Positions 38,560 through 51,045 of a DNA stretch of 64,000 nucleotides are shown piece by piece. Below the pieces are notes generated by a model, which was not told where the DNA came from, did not search any database, and was given only the letters and a program-made list of their open reading frames with translations. Made by a program: the position numbers and the translations under genes. The number at the start of each line of letters is the position of its first letter. The stretch's first letter is position 1. Origin of the DNA: Octopus bimaculoides (taxonomy: Eukaryota); the NCBI RefSeq assembly GCF_001194135.2, contig NC_068981.1, forward strand, positions 71,948,068-72,012,067, given 5' to 3'.

Positions 38560-38880
38560 GGAAGGTTTTGCAAAGGCTAGAAAGAAATGAGGTGAGCTCT
38601 AATGGCTGTGTATTGTTAGTGTGAGTGAATGACAAAACACAAATACGCTGAGAGTAAAACTGGATATAAAAATTATCGGGTAAAGTGTGCAAGAGAGAAA
38701 ACTGAGCCGATGTGGACACATGGTGCATGTGGGGGGTTATTGGTTATATAAAGAACTGCTGACCACTTGAAATATATGGAACTTGTGGAAGAGGAAGATA
38801 CAATATGACATGCTGTGAATTGGTGAATCTCAAGAAACCGTATCTCACAAAAGAGACAAAAGAACTGCGATGAGTAGCAA
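38560..38880 (+). mobile_element. Old RTE-like ORF2 C-terminal fragment
   Basis: LQRLERNE.., ERKLSRCGHMVHV, EIYGTCGRGR; same lineage as 15381-16700. Confidence 0.6.
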
Positions 38881-40119
38881 CTTTCAGTGCTGGAGATGGA
38901 ATGAAACAATTAAGCTGAGACATTGTGACATAGCTATATTAACAATAGACGTTTTACTGCTGAAGGCTGATGTAGAGAGAGAGAGAAAGAGAGAGAGAGA
39001 GGCAGACAGAAATAACGAGATGTATCAAAATGAAAATGTTATAGATAAACTGCAAAGTTATCTTGTTGACATCAGGAGGATTTAAATAAATCTTGAGTGC
39101 ACAGAAAGATTTTGCCATTAGGCATCCAGTTGCTGAGTTCTGAATAACTGCAATGGTAAAACGTAGGCTGAAACTATATTTACACATCATAGGAATTTAT
39201 AAACTTTGTTATAATGTGAAATAATTCTTTTTTGGAATAGTAGATTTCAAAGCAGTAGAACTAGAAATAATAATGTATAGATATAGGTTAAAAAACCTTT
39301 TGGATAGGAAAAGTTGAAGCTTGTTAATGGTTCCCTTTGTGTTTCAATATTTCAAGGCTAGGACACCTTCGGGAAATATTTGAAGAAATGGTGTTGTGAG
39401 CTGACTTCTCTGAAGAAGTCAAAAATATTAAGATGTGAAGTAAATATATTAACCAGTGAGTTGTATTTATTTCTTATAACAGGCATTGTTTTGGCTTCAT
39501 AAAAAGAATATTAAAAACATATATATCAGACAATGCTTCATGCAAACTATTCTACTCTTATATCTATGTATGCATGTGTGTATGAATGTATGTATCTATA
39601 TTTTCATACATGCATACACACATACATACATACATACATACATACACACACACACATACATACATACATACATGCCTGCCTGCATGCATACATACATGTA
39701 TGGAAATATATAATCATGTATATGTATATATNNNNNNNNNNNNNNNNNNNNNNNNNNNNNNNNNNNNNNNNNNNNNNNNNNNNNNNNNNNNNNNNNNNNN
39801 NNNNNNNNNNNNNNNNNNNNNNNNNNNNNNNNNNNNNNNNNNNNNNNNNNNNNNATATATATACATACACACATACACACACACACACATGCATATACAG
39901 TATATGTATATTTATGTGTGTGTGTGTGTGTATCTGTATATATGTATTTATGCTTTTCAGACATTGAAGATATGCTAAGATTGCTATGTACATTCTCATG
40001 GGAGCTATTTTGAAGGGGATGATGCTGAAATATAAGTAATATGTGAAATACATTATTTACAGGAGTATAGGTGTACTTCTCCTTAGGCCTAGTTTGGGAG
40101 CTTTCTGATACTGCTTCAT

Positions 40120-40166
<47 letters not shown>

Positions 40167-40239
40167 TACACACAAACACACATGCAAGCACATGCATACA
40201 AACATGCACACATAAACACACACACTTGTATATATATGC

Positions 40240-40885
40240 ACAGGAGTGGCTGTGTGGTAAGTAGCTTGCTTACCAACCACATGGTTCTGGGTTAAGTCCC
40301 ACAGCATGGTACCTTGGGCAAGTATCTTCTACTATAGCCTCAGGCTGACCAAAGCCTTGTGAGTGGATTTGGTAGATGGAAACTGAAAGATGCCCGTCGG
40401 ATATATATATATATATATANNNNNNNNNNNNNNNNNNNNNNNNNNNNNNNNNNNNNNNNNNNNNNNNNNNNNNNNNNNNNNNNNNNNNNNNNNNNNNNNN
40501 NNNNNNNNNNNNNNNNNNNNNNNNNNNNNNNNNNNNNNNNNNNNNNNNNNNNNNNNNNNNNNNNNNNNNNNNNNNNNNNNNNNNNNNNNNNNNNNNNNNN
40601 NNNNNNNNNNNNNNNNNNNNNNNNNNNNNNNNNNNNNNNNNNNNNNNNNNNNNNNNNNNNNNNNNNNNNNNNNNNNNNNNNNNNNNNNNNNNNNNNNNNN
40701 NNNNNNNNNNNNNNNNNATATATGTTGCTGTGTTTACACACCCACAACCTAGCAGTTCACAAAAAAGAGACCGATAGAATAAGTATTAGGCTTACAAAGA
40801 ATAAGTTCCAGGGTCGATTTGTTCGACTAAAGGCGGTGCTCCAGCATGGCTGTAGTCAAATGACTGAAACAAGTAAAAGAATAAT
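40240..40885 (+). mobile_element. SINE family A, full length, with the N-gap inside its internal microsatellite
   Basis: Head 40240-40400, (TA)n plus gap, tail 40720-40885. Confidence 0.85.
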
Positions 40886-41049
40886 ATATGCATATACATA
40901 CATATTATTTATATTATTATATGACTGACTAGTATGGTAGGAGTTATTCTTATCCAGTCAACTTCCAATGTGTGTGTGTATGATAGATAGGTATGCTATC
41001 CCTTAGATATTATCCCTTAGATATTATCCAAGCTTTCTTCTAATGGCAA

Positions 41050-41789
41050 ATATTCAAATATCTCTTCATCTATTATATAACAAACAATTTCCAGGTATCT
41101 TTGTTTGAATGAACCTTTTTTGGACTGGATAGTGACTGGTGATGAGAAAATGTTCTCTATAAAAATATCAAGCGCCGAAGATAGTGGATAGGGAAAGGAG
41201 AAACGCTGGCACCCCAGGTTAAAGAAAGTCTTCACCCACGTGAGGTATTGTTAGCTGTTTGGTGGATACGAAAGGCTTAGTCCCCTTTGAACTTTTAAAC
41301 CCAAACCAAACGATAATAAAGGAGATCTGCTGCAAGCAGCTTGTGCAGCTTAAGTCAGCGTTGGAAGAAAAACAACCATCTTTGGTTTCAAGACAAAAGG
41401 TGTTCTTCCATCAGGATAATGCTCGGCTATATACAGTGAAGACGACATTCCAAAAGCTTGAGCAGTTTGAATGGGAAACAATGCCCCACCCATCATATTC
41501 GGCGGACATTGCCTCATCTGATAATCATTATTCCGTAGTCTCCAAAATCATTTGGCTGGAAAAATATGAATTTGGTAGATAAGGTCAGAACAGTACTGGA
41601 GGAGTACTTTTTGTCATGGACAAGTGAATTTTGGAAGAGAGGCCTTGCAATTCTACCAGATAGAATGGAAGAGCATTGTACAAAATGAAGGAGAGTATAT
41701 TTTGGATTAAAAAATAACTTTGTTTATTTTAATTTTGAAAAATAAAAGAAATATAAAAAAACCCACATTATTTATGGGACGACCCAATA
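41050..41789 (+). mobile_element. Mariner (DD34D) transposon relic with right TIR
   Basis: FLDWIVTGDEK, VFFHQDNAR, HPSYSADIASSDNHY. Right end ATTATTTATGGGACGACCCAATA. Frameshifted. Confidence 0.88.
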
Positions 41790-41904
41790 CTTGGTTGGTT
41801 TAAAACCCTTGGGAACTTCCATACAGTTTGATATTGATAACTGTTATGTTTTGATCTTACTAATTCTTAACAATGCTTTGATATTCACTTTTTAATTAGA
41901 ACAT

Positions 41905-41909
41905 ATCAC

Positions 41910-41942
<33 letters not shown>

Positions 41943-42140
41943 TTAACATCCGTTGCACGGTTTGACCAAGGCTGGAAGGCTGCACCAGACTCCAGTCTGA
42001 TTTGGCATGGTTTCTACAGCTGGATGCCCTTCCTAACGCCAACCATTCTGAAAGTGTAATGGGTGCTTTTACATGCTACCTGCACGGGTGCCATTTGCAT
42101 CTTCCATGATTGCAATTTTGCTCAGCGTGATGGGTCTTCT
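41905..42140 (-). mobile_element. RTE-like 3' end (family C)
   Basis: (CAT)n then TTTAACATCCG...GGATGCCCTTCCTAACGCCAACCA. Confidence 0.85.
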
Positions 42141-42159
42141 TCTCAAGCACAACATAATG

Positions 42160-42860
42160 CCAACAATTAACAACTGATGATGGCAGTTTATTCCATGCTT
42201 CAGCAATTCTGAGCATGAAAAAATGTTTCCAAAAGTCATGGGTGCTGTGTTATTTTTTGATTTTATAAGCATGTCCACGAGTGCTTGTCATATGGAATTC
42301 AAAAAGGTGCCAAAGGTTGGAAAGATGGTGGAAAATCTTGTGGGTGTCAACCAAGTCAGTTACCAGACATCTGAGCTTGAATGTATCCATGCCCAGGGAA
42401 GCAAGATGTTCAGAGTATGGTGGTTGTCTGATGGCAGATTTCGTTTTGTGGCACATTTCTGAACAGTTTCCAGGAGATTTATATGCTATGCAACATAGGG
42501 TTTCCAGTCTGGTGATGCAAATTCCAAGTGTGGACGTACCATTGTCGTATAGAATTTAAATAGATAGCTGGAGAGCAACTGACAAAAGTCTTAATGAGTA
42601 ATGATAGCACCCCGTCAGAATTCTAGACAATCTTAGAGATGTAGTTTGTCCAACACAGATTGTTGTTTACAATAATGCCCAGATCATGTCTGTTAGAAAA
42701 CTTCTTGAGATTAGGGTTGCTGAGGGAATGTGTAAAGGTTGGGTTTTTCCTCCCAAAATGCATGGTGATGCACTTGTCCACAGCTAGCTTGAGTTGCAAT
42801 TTAGAGATTCATTGCTGCCTTGAATTCAGGAAAGATCTATAGTGCATAGGATCTGTTCTT
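42160..42860 (-). mobile_element. CR1/L2-like LINE ORF2 C-terminal fragment
   Basis: DKCITMHFGRKN, DLGIIVNNNLCW, MVRPHLEFASPDWKPY, LLETVQKCATK, TRGHAYKIKK, FFMLRIAEAWNKLP. Confidence 0.88.
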
Positions 42861-42965
42861 TTTATTTTGAAGTACAGCTTGATTTCAGCACTGTAACAGT
42901 CCTCAAACTGGCATCTATATCATTGTTATATGCAACAAATGATGATACATACATACATACATACA

Positions 42966-43043
<78 letters not shown>

Positions 43044-43639
43044 NNNNNNNNNNNNNNNNNNNNNNNNNNNNNNNNNNNNNNNNNNNNNNNNNNNNNNNNN
43101 NNNNNNNNNNNNNNNNNNNNNNNNNNNNNNNNNNNNNNNNNNNNNNNNNNNNNNNNNNNNNNNNNNNNNNNNNNNNNNNNNNNNNNNNNNNNNNNNNNNN
43201 NNNNNNNNNNNNNNNNNNNNNNNNNNNNNNNNNNNNNNNNNNNNNNNNNNNNNNNNNNNNNNNNNNNNNNNNNNNNNNNNNNNNNNNNNNNNNNNNNNNN
43301 NNNNNNNNNNNNNNNNNNNNNNNNNNNNNNNNNNNNNNNNNNNNNNNNNNNNNNNNNNNNNNNNNNNNNNNNNNNNNNNNNNNNNNNNNNNNNNNNNNNN
43401 NNNNNNNNNNNNNNNNNNNNNNNNNNNNNNNNNNNNNNNNNNNNNNNNNNNNNNNNNNNNNNNNNNNNNNNNNNNNNNNNNNNNNNNNNNNNNNNNNNNN
43501 NNNNNNNNNNNNNNNNNNNNNNNNNNNNNNNNNNNNNNNNNNNNNNNNNNNNNNNNNNNNNNNNNNNNNNNNNNNNNNNNNNNNNNNNNNNNNNNNNNNN
43601 NNNNNNNNNNNNNNNNNNNNNNNNNNNNNNNNNNNNNNN

Positions 43640-43676
<37 letters not shown>

Positions 43677-43686
43677 CACATATATA

Positions 43687-43717
<31 letters not shown>

Positions 43718-43780
43718 GTATGTATGTGTATGTATATATATATTTATACATATGTATGTATATATGTATGTATGTATGTA

Positions 43781-43829
<49 letters not shown>

Positions 43830-44267
43830 GCATGTGTGTGTGTGTGTGTATCTGTAAGTATGAATGTGTGTGCATGCATTTCTGTATGTGCGTGTAAGTG
43901 CACGAGCATGTATATTTGTTGTTTTCTATGTGTTTCTATGCTTGTTGATCTTCATATTTTTTAATGTTTTTTTGTTTTATTAATTTTATAATTAGTTTTC
44001 CTTCTTAGTGTAAGTCACCCAGCCATTAAAACATGAAGCATTAATTCCAAAATGCTGTTACATATTCAACAGACAATAAAAGTTCCTTACTTTCTAGTCA
44101 TAGCAGATCTGCATTAATTCCTCAGGGTTTGGCACATACTTCTTAAATATAATCTGTATTATGTAACATGCAACAGATCTGTTATCTTACTGATGTCACT
44201 CATTACATTGCAGTCAAGCTGGAGCACTACCTTCATGGGTCTTTAGTCAATGGCTTACTCAGTTATC

Positions 44268-44500
44268 TTTTCTTTTATTCTCTTACTTGTTTCAGTCATT
44301 TGACTGTGGCCATGCTGGAATACCACCTTGAAGTGTTTTTGACGAACAATTCGACCCCTGGAATTAGTTTCAAGCCTAGTACTTATTCTATTGGTCTCTT
44401 TGTCGAACTACTAAGTTACGGGGATGTAAACACACCAACACCAGTTGTCAAGTGATGATGAGATCAAAAAACACAGTCACAAAGACACACACACACAGAT
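44268..44500 (-). mobile_element. SINE family A tail
   Basis: TTCTCTTACTTGTTTCAGTCATTTGACTGTGGCCATGCTGG block. Confidence 0.85.
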
Positions 44501-44560
44501 ATATACATACATATTTCATATATATATGTATGTGTATGTATATATATATATATATATACA

Positions 44561-44810
44561 TATCTGTAAAAATATGTGACAATTATGAGGTAGCCATGAT
44601 AAAACTCTGAGTTTCGGATGCCGGGGTGGGAACCCACGCCAACATCTCTTCAGTTATCCGGCCATTGAAAATTCCTAGGAATTTTCAATGGCATCCGAAA
44701 CTCAGAGTTTTATCATGGCTACTGAATAAGTTTCACATATTTTTACAGATAAATTCCTCTATTTACATAATATCGAGGTCGCTTTCTTTCTTTTGTTGTC
44801 CTTTCGATCA
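44561..44810. mobile_element. ORF-less fold-back element containing a hammerhead (PLE pLTR-like)
   Basis: 62-bp inverted arms 44561-44622 / 44690-44751 and a perfect 32-bp palindrome at 44661-44692. Confidence 0.8.
44598..44658 (-). ncRNA. Minimal type I hammerhead ribozyme
   Basis: GATAA CTGAAGA GATGTTGG-C-GTGGG-TT-CCCAC-C-CCGGCATC C GAAAC T-CAG-AGT T TTATC: intact core, perfect 5-bp stem I, GUU site. Confidence 0.8.
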
Positions 44811-44811
44811 A

Positions 44812-44842
<31 letters not shown>

Positions 44843-44857
44843 TCTTTATTCTTTTCT

Positions 44858-45279
44858 TTTATTCTTTTACTTGTTTCAGTCATTTGACTGTGGCCATGCT
44901 GGAGCATCGCCTTTAGTCGAAGAAATCGACCCCAGAACTTATACTTTGTAAGCCTAGTACTTATTCTATCGTTTCTTTGCCAAACTGCTAAGTTACAAGG
45001 ACGTAACCATACCAGCATCGGTTGTCAAACGATGGTGGGGGGGACAAACAAACACAGACACTTGTATACACACACATATTTATATACACCTAATGGGCTT
45101 CTTTCGGTTTCCGTCTACCAAATGCACTCACAAGGCTTTGGTCGGCCCAAGGCTATAGTAGAAAACACTTGCCCAAAGTGCCATGCAGTGGAACTGAATC
45201 CGGAACCATGTGGTTGGTAAGCAAGCTACTTACCACACAGCCACGCCTGCACCTATATATATATATATACACGCCTGCG

Positions 45280-45344
<65 letters not shown>

Positions 45345-45485
45345 GATGGGCTTCTTTCAGTTTCTGTCTGCCAAATCCACTCACAAGGCTTTGGTTGGCC
45401 TGGGGCTATAGTAGAAGACACTTGCCCAAGTGGGACTGAACCAGAAACCATGTGTTTGGGAAGAAAACCTCTTGCCACACAGCCA
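44858..45485 (-). mobile_element. SINE family A full copy plus second head
   Basis: Full copy at about 44858-45262, second head at 45343-45485. Confidence 0.88.
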
Positions 45486-45840
45486 ATTTTATCACTATTT
45501 ATTATTAAATGGCTACATGCTCTTCTCGGACATAAAAGGATACAACACAACATAATATACAAGTTTATTTAATGTAGGAAAGTTTCTGCACAGTTCTGTT
45601 TCTTGGATTTAATTCACGAGGCATTTTTCAGCTAGAAACTACAGTAAAAGACACTTGTTCAAAGAGTTGGGCAGTGGAATCAAATGCTGAACTAAAACGT
45701 TGCAAAACAAACTTCTTCATCTCACGGCCTGCATCTAAATAAAGAAATTGAAAGAAACTCATTTTCTACATGTGCACATGCATGCATGTGCTTTTGTGTG
45801 TGTGCTTTTGTGTGTGTGCTTTTGTGTGTGTGCTTTTGTG

Positions 45841-45885
<45 letters not shown>

Positions 45886-46282
45886 GTGTATGTGTATGCA
45901 TACATATAGATATGTCTGTGTGCATTTGTATTTGCTTGTCTTGATAATGTGTGCTAATTGTAAACAAACTTCAATGTCATACAAGTGGTGTCATTTGTTT
46001 AAAATCTTCCATGAAACCATTTCCAGCCAAGATGCTGTTTATGTTTGAAGGATTAGTGGAAATATTCAATCTTACTTTATCTGGAATTAAGCGAGAGAGT
46101 TGGCAATTGGAATAGCATCTAACCATAGAAAAACTGCCTCATTGAATTTCATTTGAATTATAATGATGATGATGATGATGATGATTCTCTAGTGAGAATG
46201 TATGAATCTACAATGTGAGATTGCAGTTTTTTTTGTTTTTTTTTACAGCTTAGCTACAATTTGAATCACATGTGCTCTCTTT

Positions 46283-46319
<37 letters not shown>

Positions 46320-46790
46320 ATTTAGATAACTATCAATACTTGAGCTAAAGTATCTGAGATATAAATTTTGTAAACAGTTTAAAAAAATAAAAGCACACCG
46401 TAGAGTATATGGATTAATTAATCAATTAGCAAAATGTAGACTTGCATATTTTTAGATTTCGGGGAAAAAAAATTCAATTTCTTATCCTGTTATTATTTCA
46501 CTCTTTTTCTCTTTCTTTTATTCTTTTTTCCATTTTTTGCCTCATAATCTCTTCCTTTATCTCCTTTCTCACACTTCTTTCAGCACCCACTCATTTCAAC
46601 ATTATTAACAAATAGATGATTAATTGCTGTCAGAAACAGAATTCCACAAAATCAAAAATTATACAAGAATTTGTAATTCGTTTGAAGAGTTTCAATGTGT
46701 GTAAATGATATAAATGTTTGAAAGACTTTTAAGTAATGTAGGTGAAAGAATCTGTCTGTCTGTCTGTCTATCTATCTATATATATGAATG

Positions 46791-47010
46791 TATGAAGGGT
46801 TGCTGAAAATTCTTGGCTTTAAGGGTATCGTGAAAGGCCTGGTTAGAGGCCCAACCTTCTGAGTTCTTTTACAGGATTTAGAAAAACTCAAGGTCCACTG
46901 CAATAAGTGTGTGAATCTGAGAGGAGAATATGTTGCATAAAATCATAATAAACTGATCCTCCTGTATTTTCTTTTATCTAAAGCCAGGAGCTTTTCAGCA
47001 ACCCCTCATA
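46791..47010 (+). mobile_element. Mariner-derived MITE with TA ends
   Basis: TIRs TATGAAGGGTTGCTGAAAATTCTTGGCTTTA / TAAAGCCAGGAGCTTTTCAGCAACCCCTCATA. Internal KCVNLRGEYV transposase C-terminus. Confidence 0.85.
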
Positions 47011-47569
47011 TATGTGCAACCTTCTGTAGAACCTCCAAGACTAAATATGCAAAGAAAGAGCCCTTAGAGGCTCCCTTTTGTATGGAAAACATGAACAGGG
47101 TACATATCACAGAAAGTTGTCTGTTTAGAACAAGCTTTGGAATGAAACACTCCAGGAATGATGACAAGAGGTGATAAATATCAATTGGGTAGCATTGCAC
47201 AGAATGGTACATCGCTTGGTAGTTTTTCTGAGAAAGAACAATTACAGCTGAGGACCATTGTAACTTGTAGCAAGGATTGTTGTAGAGAGAACCAATGGCA
47301 AATCATAGCTTTGTTGGTGGACTGGCAGTTACTGCATGATGAGGAGTGAGGCTTTGTCAGTTAGTCAGATGGTCTATGTCTGTATTCTAAGGTGATAGTT
47401 TATCTAACCATTTAAATAATGATGATGATGATGATGATGGTGATGGTGGTGGTGGTGGTGAAGTTGGTGATGGTGAGGATAATGGTGGTGGTGGTGATGG
47501 TGATGTTGATGGTGGTAGTGACTTTTGTCACTGAAAGGGAAATGCAAAGCTATATGACTGAGTCTTCAA

Positions 47570-48140
47570 AACAGAGAGTAATCGAGGTCAGCCGGCCTTT
47601 TTTTGTTGATGATCTTAAGTTGTATTTGAATAATATTCATGACACCAAGAAATGGTGAGAACTGGTCACAAAATTCTTGTGAGATATAGGAATGATGTTT
47701 GGTTAGGAAAAGTGTTCGTATTTGGTAGCTAAACAAGGAAAGATTGTTAATCAGTAAAGAAATATGGGTACCAATGGCTTATCTATCTCCCCTATAACTA
47801 GTAATGAGTGATACAGATACTTTAGAATTGATGAGAATATTGAATACGTGGGTACATTGAAGAAAGCTAAGAAACGACAAAAAGAATATTTCAACAGATT
47901 TATGGTGATATGGAAGTCCGAGCTGTCTGCATTCAATAAAACCATTTCTCACAATATTTAGACAGTGCCAGTGCTAGTACCACTATTTGGGATTCTGGGT
48001 CGGTCACTAGAAGAAATTACAAATTGGACATCAGAATTAGAAAGATACTGACAACTATTGGTAACTTCCACATCAGCAGTGACACTGATAGGATCAATGG
48101 TAGATGGAGGAATGAAGGTAGCAATCGGTTTAGTTAGCCT
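47570..48140 (+). mobile_element. R4/Dong-like LINE RT/thumb fragment (left part)
   Basis: FFVDDLKLY, KEYFNRFMVIWKSELSAFNKTISHN, VPVLVPLFGIL, DIRIRKILT..NFHISSDTDR. Confidence 0.8.
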
Positions 48141-48185
48141 TTAAGTGTTGCATTGCATCACTTAGATCAACCATTTTTGCTTATA

Positions 48186-48287
48186 GACCCCCCACTTGAC
48201 TTATATTGACCCCCTTTGACTTATATGGACCTCCTTTGTCTTATATGGACCCCCTTTGACTTATATGGAGCCCTTTTGATTCCTATT
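48186..48287. repeat. About 20-bp tandem repeat, 5 copies (GACCCCCTTTGACTTATATG)
   Basis: Direct reading. Confidence 0.9.
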
Positions 48288-48368
48288 TCATTTGAGTGTA
48301 CTCTCATACCCATTCAAAGTCTAAAAAAGTCTATCATACTTTTATAATTAACTATTATTAAGAGAATC

Positions 48369-48641
48369 ATACTGCTGCTATTTAGCCCTAGGAAGCTGGA
48401 CCGCTTCATGTCACCCTTGACACATTTCCTGTGTCCTTATATTTGCGAGGGGGAGACAAGCACCTCCCCCCAGCTCAGTGTGCATTCAGGGACATGTTTC
48501 TGAGTCATTGCTCGTCATCAGCCTGAAGTTGCAACACTGGCTGAAAAGGCATGTCAAACCTACGCAAATATAAGGACATAGGAAATGTGTCAAGGCCGAC
48601 AGGAAGTGGTGCAGCTTCCTAGGGCTAAATAGCAGCAGTAT
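48369..48641. mobile_element. 273-bp element with about 82-bp terminal inverted repeats and a central hammerhead
   Basis: 48369-48450 vs 48559-48641 are about 90% reverse complementary. Confidence 0.88.
48485..48527 (-). ncRNA. Minimal type I hammerhead ribozyme with palindromic stem III
   Basis: TTCAGG CTGATGA C GAG-CAATGA-CTC A GAAAC AT GTC CCTGAA: intact core, GUC site, perfect 6-bp stem I, one C-A mismatch at 10.1-11.1. Confidence 0.85.
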
Positions 48642-48889
48642 AATTACTTTATTGGGACTGTCACATTGAGTTGACAATATACAACTGCTTTATCGTAACA
48701 CTGCTGCTTAATTCTCTCTGTGAGATTTATAATTAGATCATTTCTTATTATTAAGAATTATCTTTAAAAAGTTGTTAAAATATTTTGTGTAGTGTAGACG
48801 TATAACCAGTTCATTGCACATAAATCTTAACAATAAAAACTTATATGGACCCCCAAGAGATGTATGGACCCTGGCTGTGAGCCACTGAC

Positions 48890-49740
48890 TCTAGATGGGG
48901 TGTTGCATCTTTTAGGGAACAGCTACTGAGCAGGAAAAGAGAAATGAGTATATCATGTGTATAGTCACCCTCAAAAGTAATAACATCATGAGATTAGATG
49001 AAGAACTCCCAAACAAGCACTCTGTGTACAACCATTCTGTGTGACCCAAGAGTGGCTGGACTTATGTATTTAAACAGAGACTTGAAGGAGAAATACTCAG
49101 CATACTAGCAGAAAGCTATGCATGGGTACACATCCTTCAAGCTTGAGAACACTAACAATAATGACAAGAATAGTAGCCTCACCTGAGCCTGTGATAAATA
49201 TATCATATCTCACCTAGAAGACTACGCCTTTACAATCCAGGAACAGGAGATAGCTACTAAGTATCTGATCAACAAGAAAGATAAGGATGTTTCTAGATTT
49301 CCACAATGTAATAAGAAATGTTGATTGTGCCATACCTGTATGGAAAATATCAACTACGTCATTAGCAGCTGCCTAAAAATGTCTGCTAGATGCTATCTTC
49401 CCACAAGACATGGTATTGTCACTAAGATTATCTAACATACTATACTCAAGAAGTACATAAGGTACATTAGAATACCAAAGGTACATAAGAATCGTAATGT
49501 AATCACATCTTTAAAAATAAAGAATACAGGTGGAACATTCCACCACTCCAACAAAAAAAAAAAAAATCTAAAATAGCAACCTTCTGTTCAGATATTGTTC
49601 CATGAGACAGAGATCAAAAGTCATGCACTGTTGTAGAAATCAGTTGCCTGGCAGATATGAACATTTCGTCAGAATTTGGAAAAAAAAGGGAACATCCATG
49701 GAGAACAAAAGAGTAACTTATAGTTCTAATATTCAGGCAT
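48890..49740 (+). mobile_element. R4/Dong-like LINE CCHC/RLE fragment (right part)
   Basis: KAMHGY, SHLEDYAFTIQEQEIATKYLI, KC*LCHTCMENINYVISSCLKMSARCYLPTRH, DIVP*DRDQKSCTVVEISC. Confidence 0.8.
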
Positions 49741-49928
49741 TAGACTTTCGTAATGTCTTTTATCATATATGTATCAGAGCTATGATGTTCATCTTGCTCT
49801 GATATATATTGTGTTTTTAACACATGTCTATAAAAGGATGTTATCTCAGACAATCACCCTGCATTATGCTCTTTAAAGATTTATGACATACAAATGGCNN
49901 NNNNNNNNNNNNNNNNNNNNNNNNNNNN

Positions 49929-50780
49929 NGATGTGTAAATTGTTACCATTTTATATTTTTAATTTCGTGCATGTGCATTCTTTGCTTTTGATTTTGTCAA
50001 CTACAAAGTATAGTAGGATCAGTTGGGCACTGTCTGTGAGAAAAACAGCACTATGATGCAATTCACTCTGCCAGAAATTTGGAAATGACATACTGTACTG
50101 CTTGGCATTCACACCGGAAGCTCCAATACGAACATTTCAGAGTGTTTGGGTGTCAATCGGAGGACAGTGCAATCTGAGGACATGTACCAAGAATGATTAC
50201 TATCAAACATCCAGTCAACATCATGGTGTTTGGGGAGATCACTAGCGATGGTGACATGCCTTCATTCATCTTCCCACCTGGCCTCAGACTCAACACGGAG
50301 GCCTACATCAAGTACCTGGAAGAGGTAGTGCTGCTCTGGGTCAAAAGAGTGGCTGCTGGAACATCCTATGTTTGGCAACAAGCAGGAGAACCCAATCATG
50401 GCTATCAGACAATTTCTGCAACCACATCACCCTTAGCATCTGACCACCTAACTCACCAGACTGCAGCCCCTTGATTATTATGCATGGAGCGCAGCTGAGC
50501 GAGAGACCAACAAACTCCTTGTAACACCAAAGATGAAGTGAAGGCAAGGATTATGGCAGCATTCACCAACTTAAACAAGGAGACTGACCAAATGAGTTGC
50601 AGGAGATTCCAAAGTCATCCGTAGGCCGTAGTTGAATCCGATGGCGATTTTATTAAATAAATTTACTCTTTAGTATTTCAAGATATTTTAAAGTAATTTT
50701 TGTAAATACATCTGTTAAAATAAGATGCCAGTATTATTTTCATTTTTGCGTAATTTAGATGACAGTTTATTCACTGCACC

Positions 50781-50783
<3 letters not shown>
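49929..50783 (+). mobile_element. Internally deleted maT (DD37D-type) Tc1/mariner, copy 1
   Basis: KHPVNIMVFG..GLRLNTEAYIKYLEEVVL..WQQ, PDCSPLDYYAW. Right TIR ...CACCCTG then TA. Left end lies in a gap. Confidence 0.85.
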
Positions 50784-50840
<57 letters not shown>

Positions 50841-50939
50841 CCACCTCCATGCCTACCTATCTACCTTCTTATCTACCTACCCAACAATCTACATATTTAC
50901 ATACCTAGCTATTTGTCTATTCATCTATCCGTCTACATT

Positions 50940-50980
50940 TATCTATCTATCTATCTATCCATCTATCTATCCATCTATCC

Positions 50981-51030
<50 letters not shown>

Positions 51031-51045
51031 TTATTTATCTATCTA
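50940..51045. repeat. (TATC)n/(TCCA)n microsatellite
   Basis: Direct reading. Confidence 0.95.

Larger units (their letters stand above)
48150..48887. mobile_element. Probable hAT MITE interrupting the LINE (left end degenerate)
   Basis: Right end reads CAGTGGCTCACAGCC on the minus strand. TCAACCATTTTT near the left end. TATGGACCCC subterminal motifs at both ends. Confidence 0.45.
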
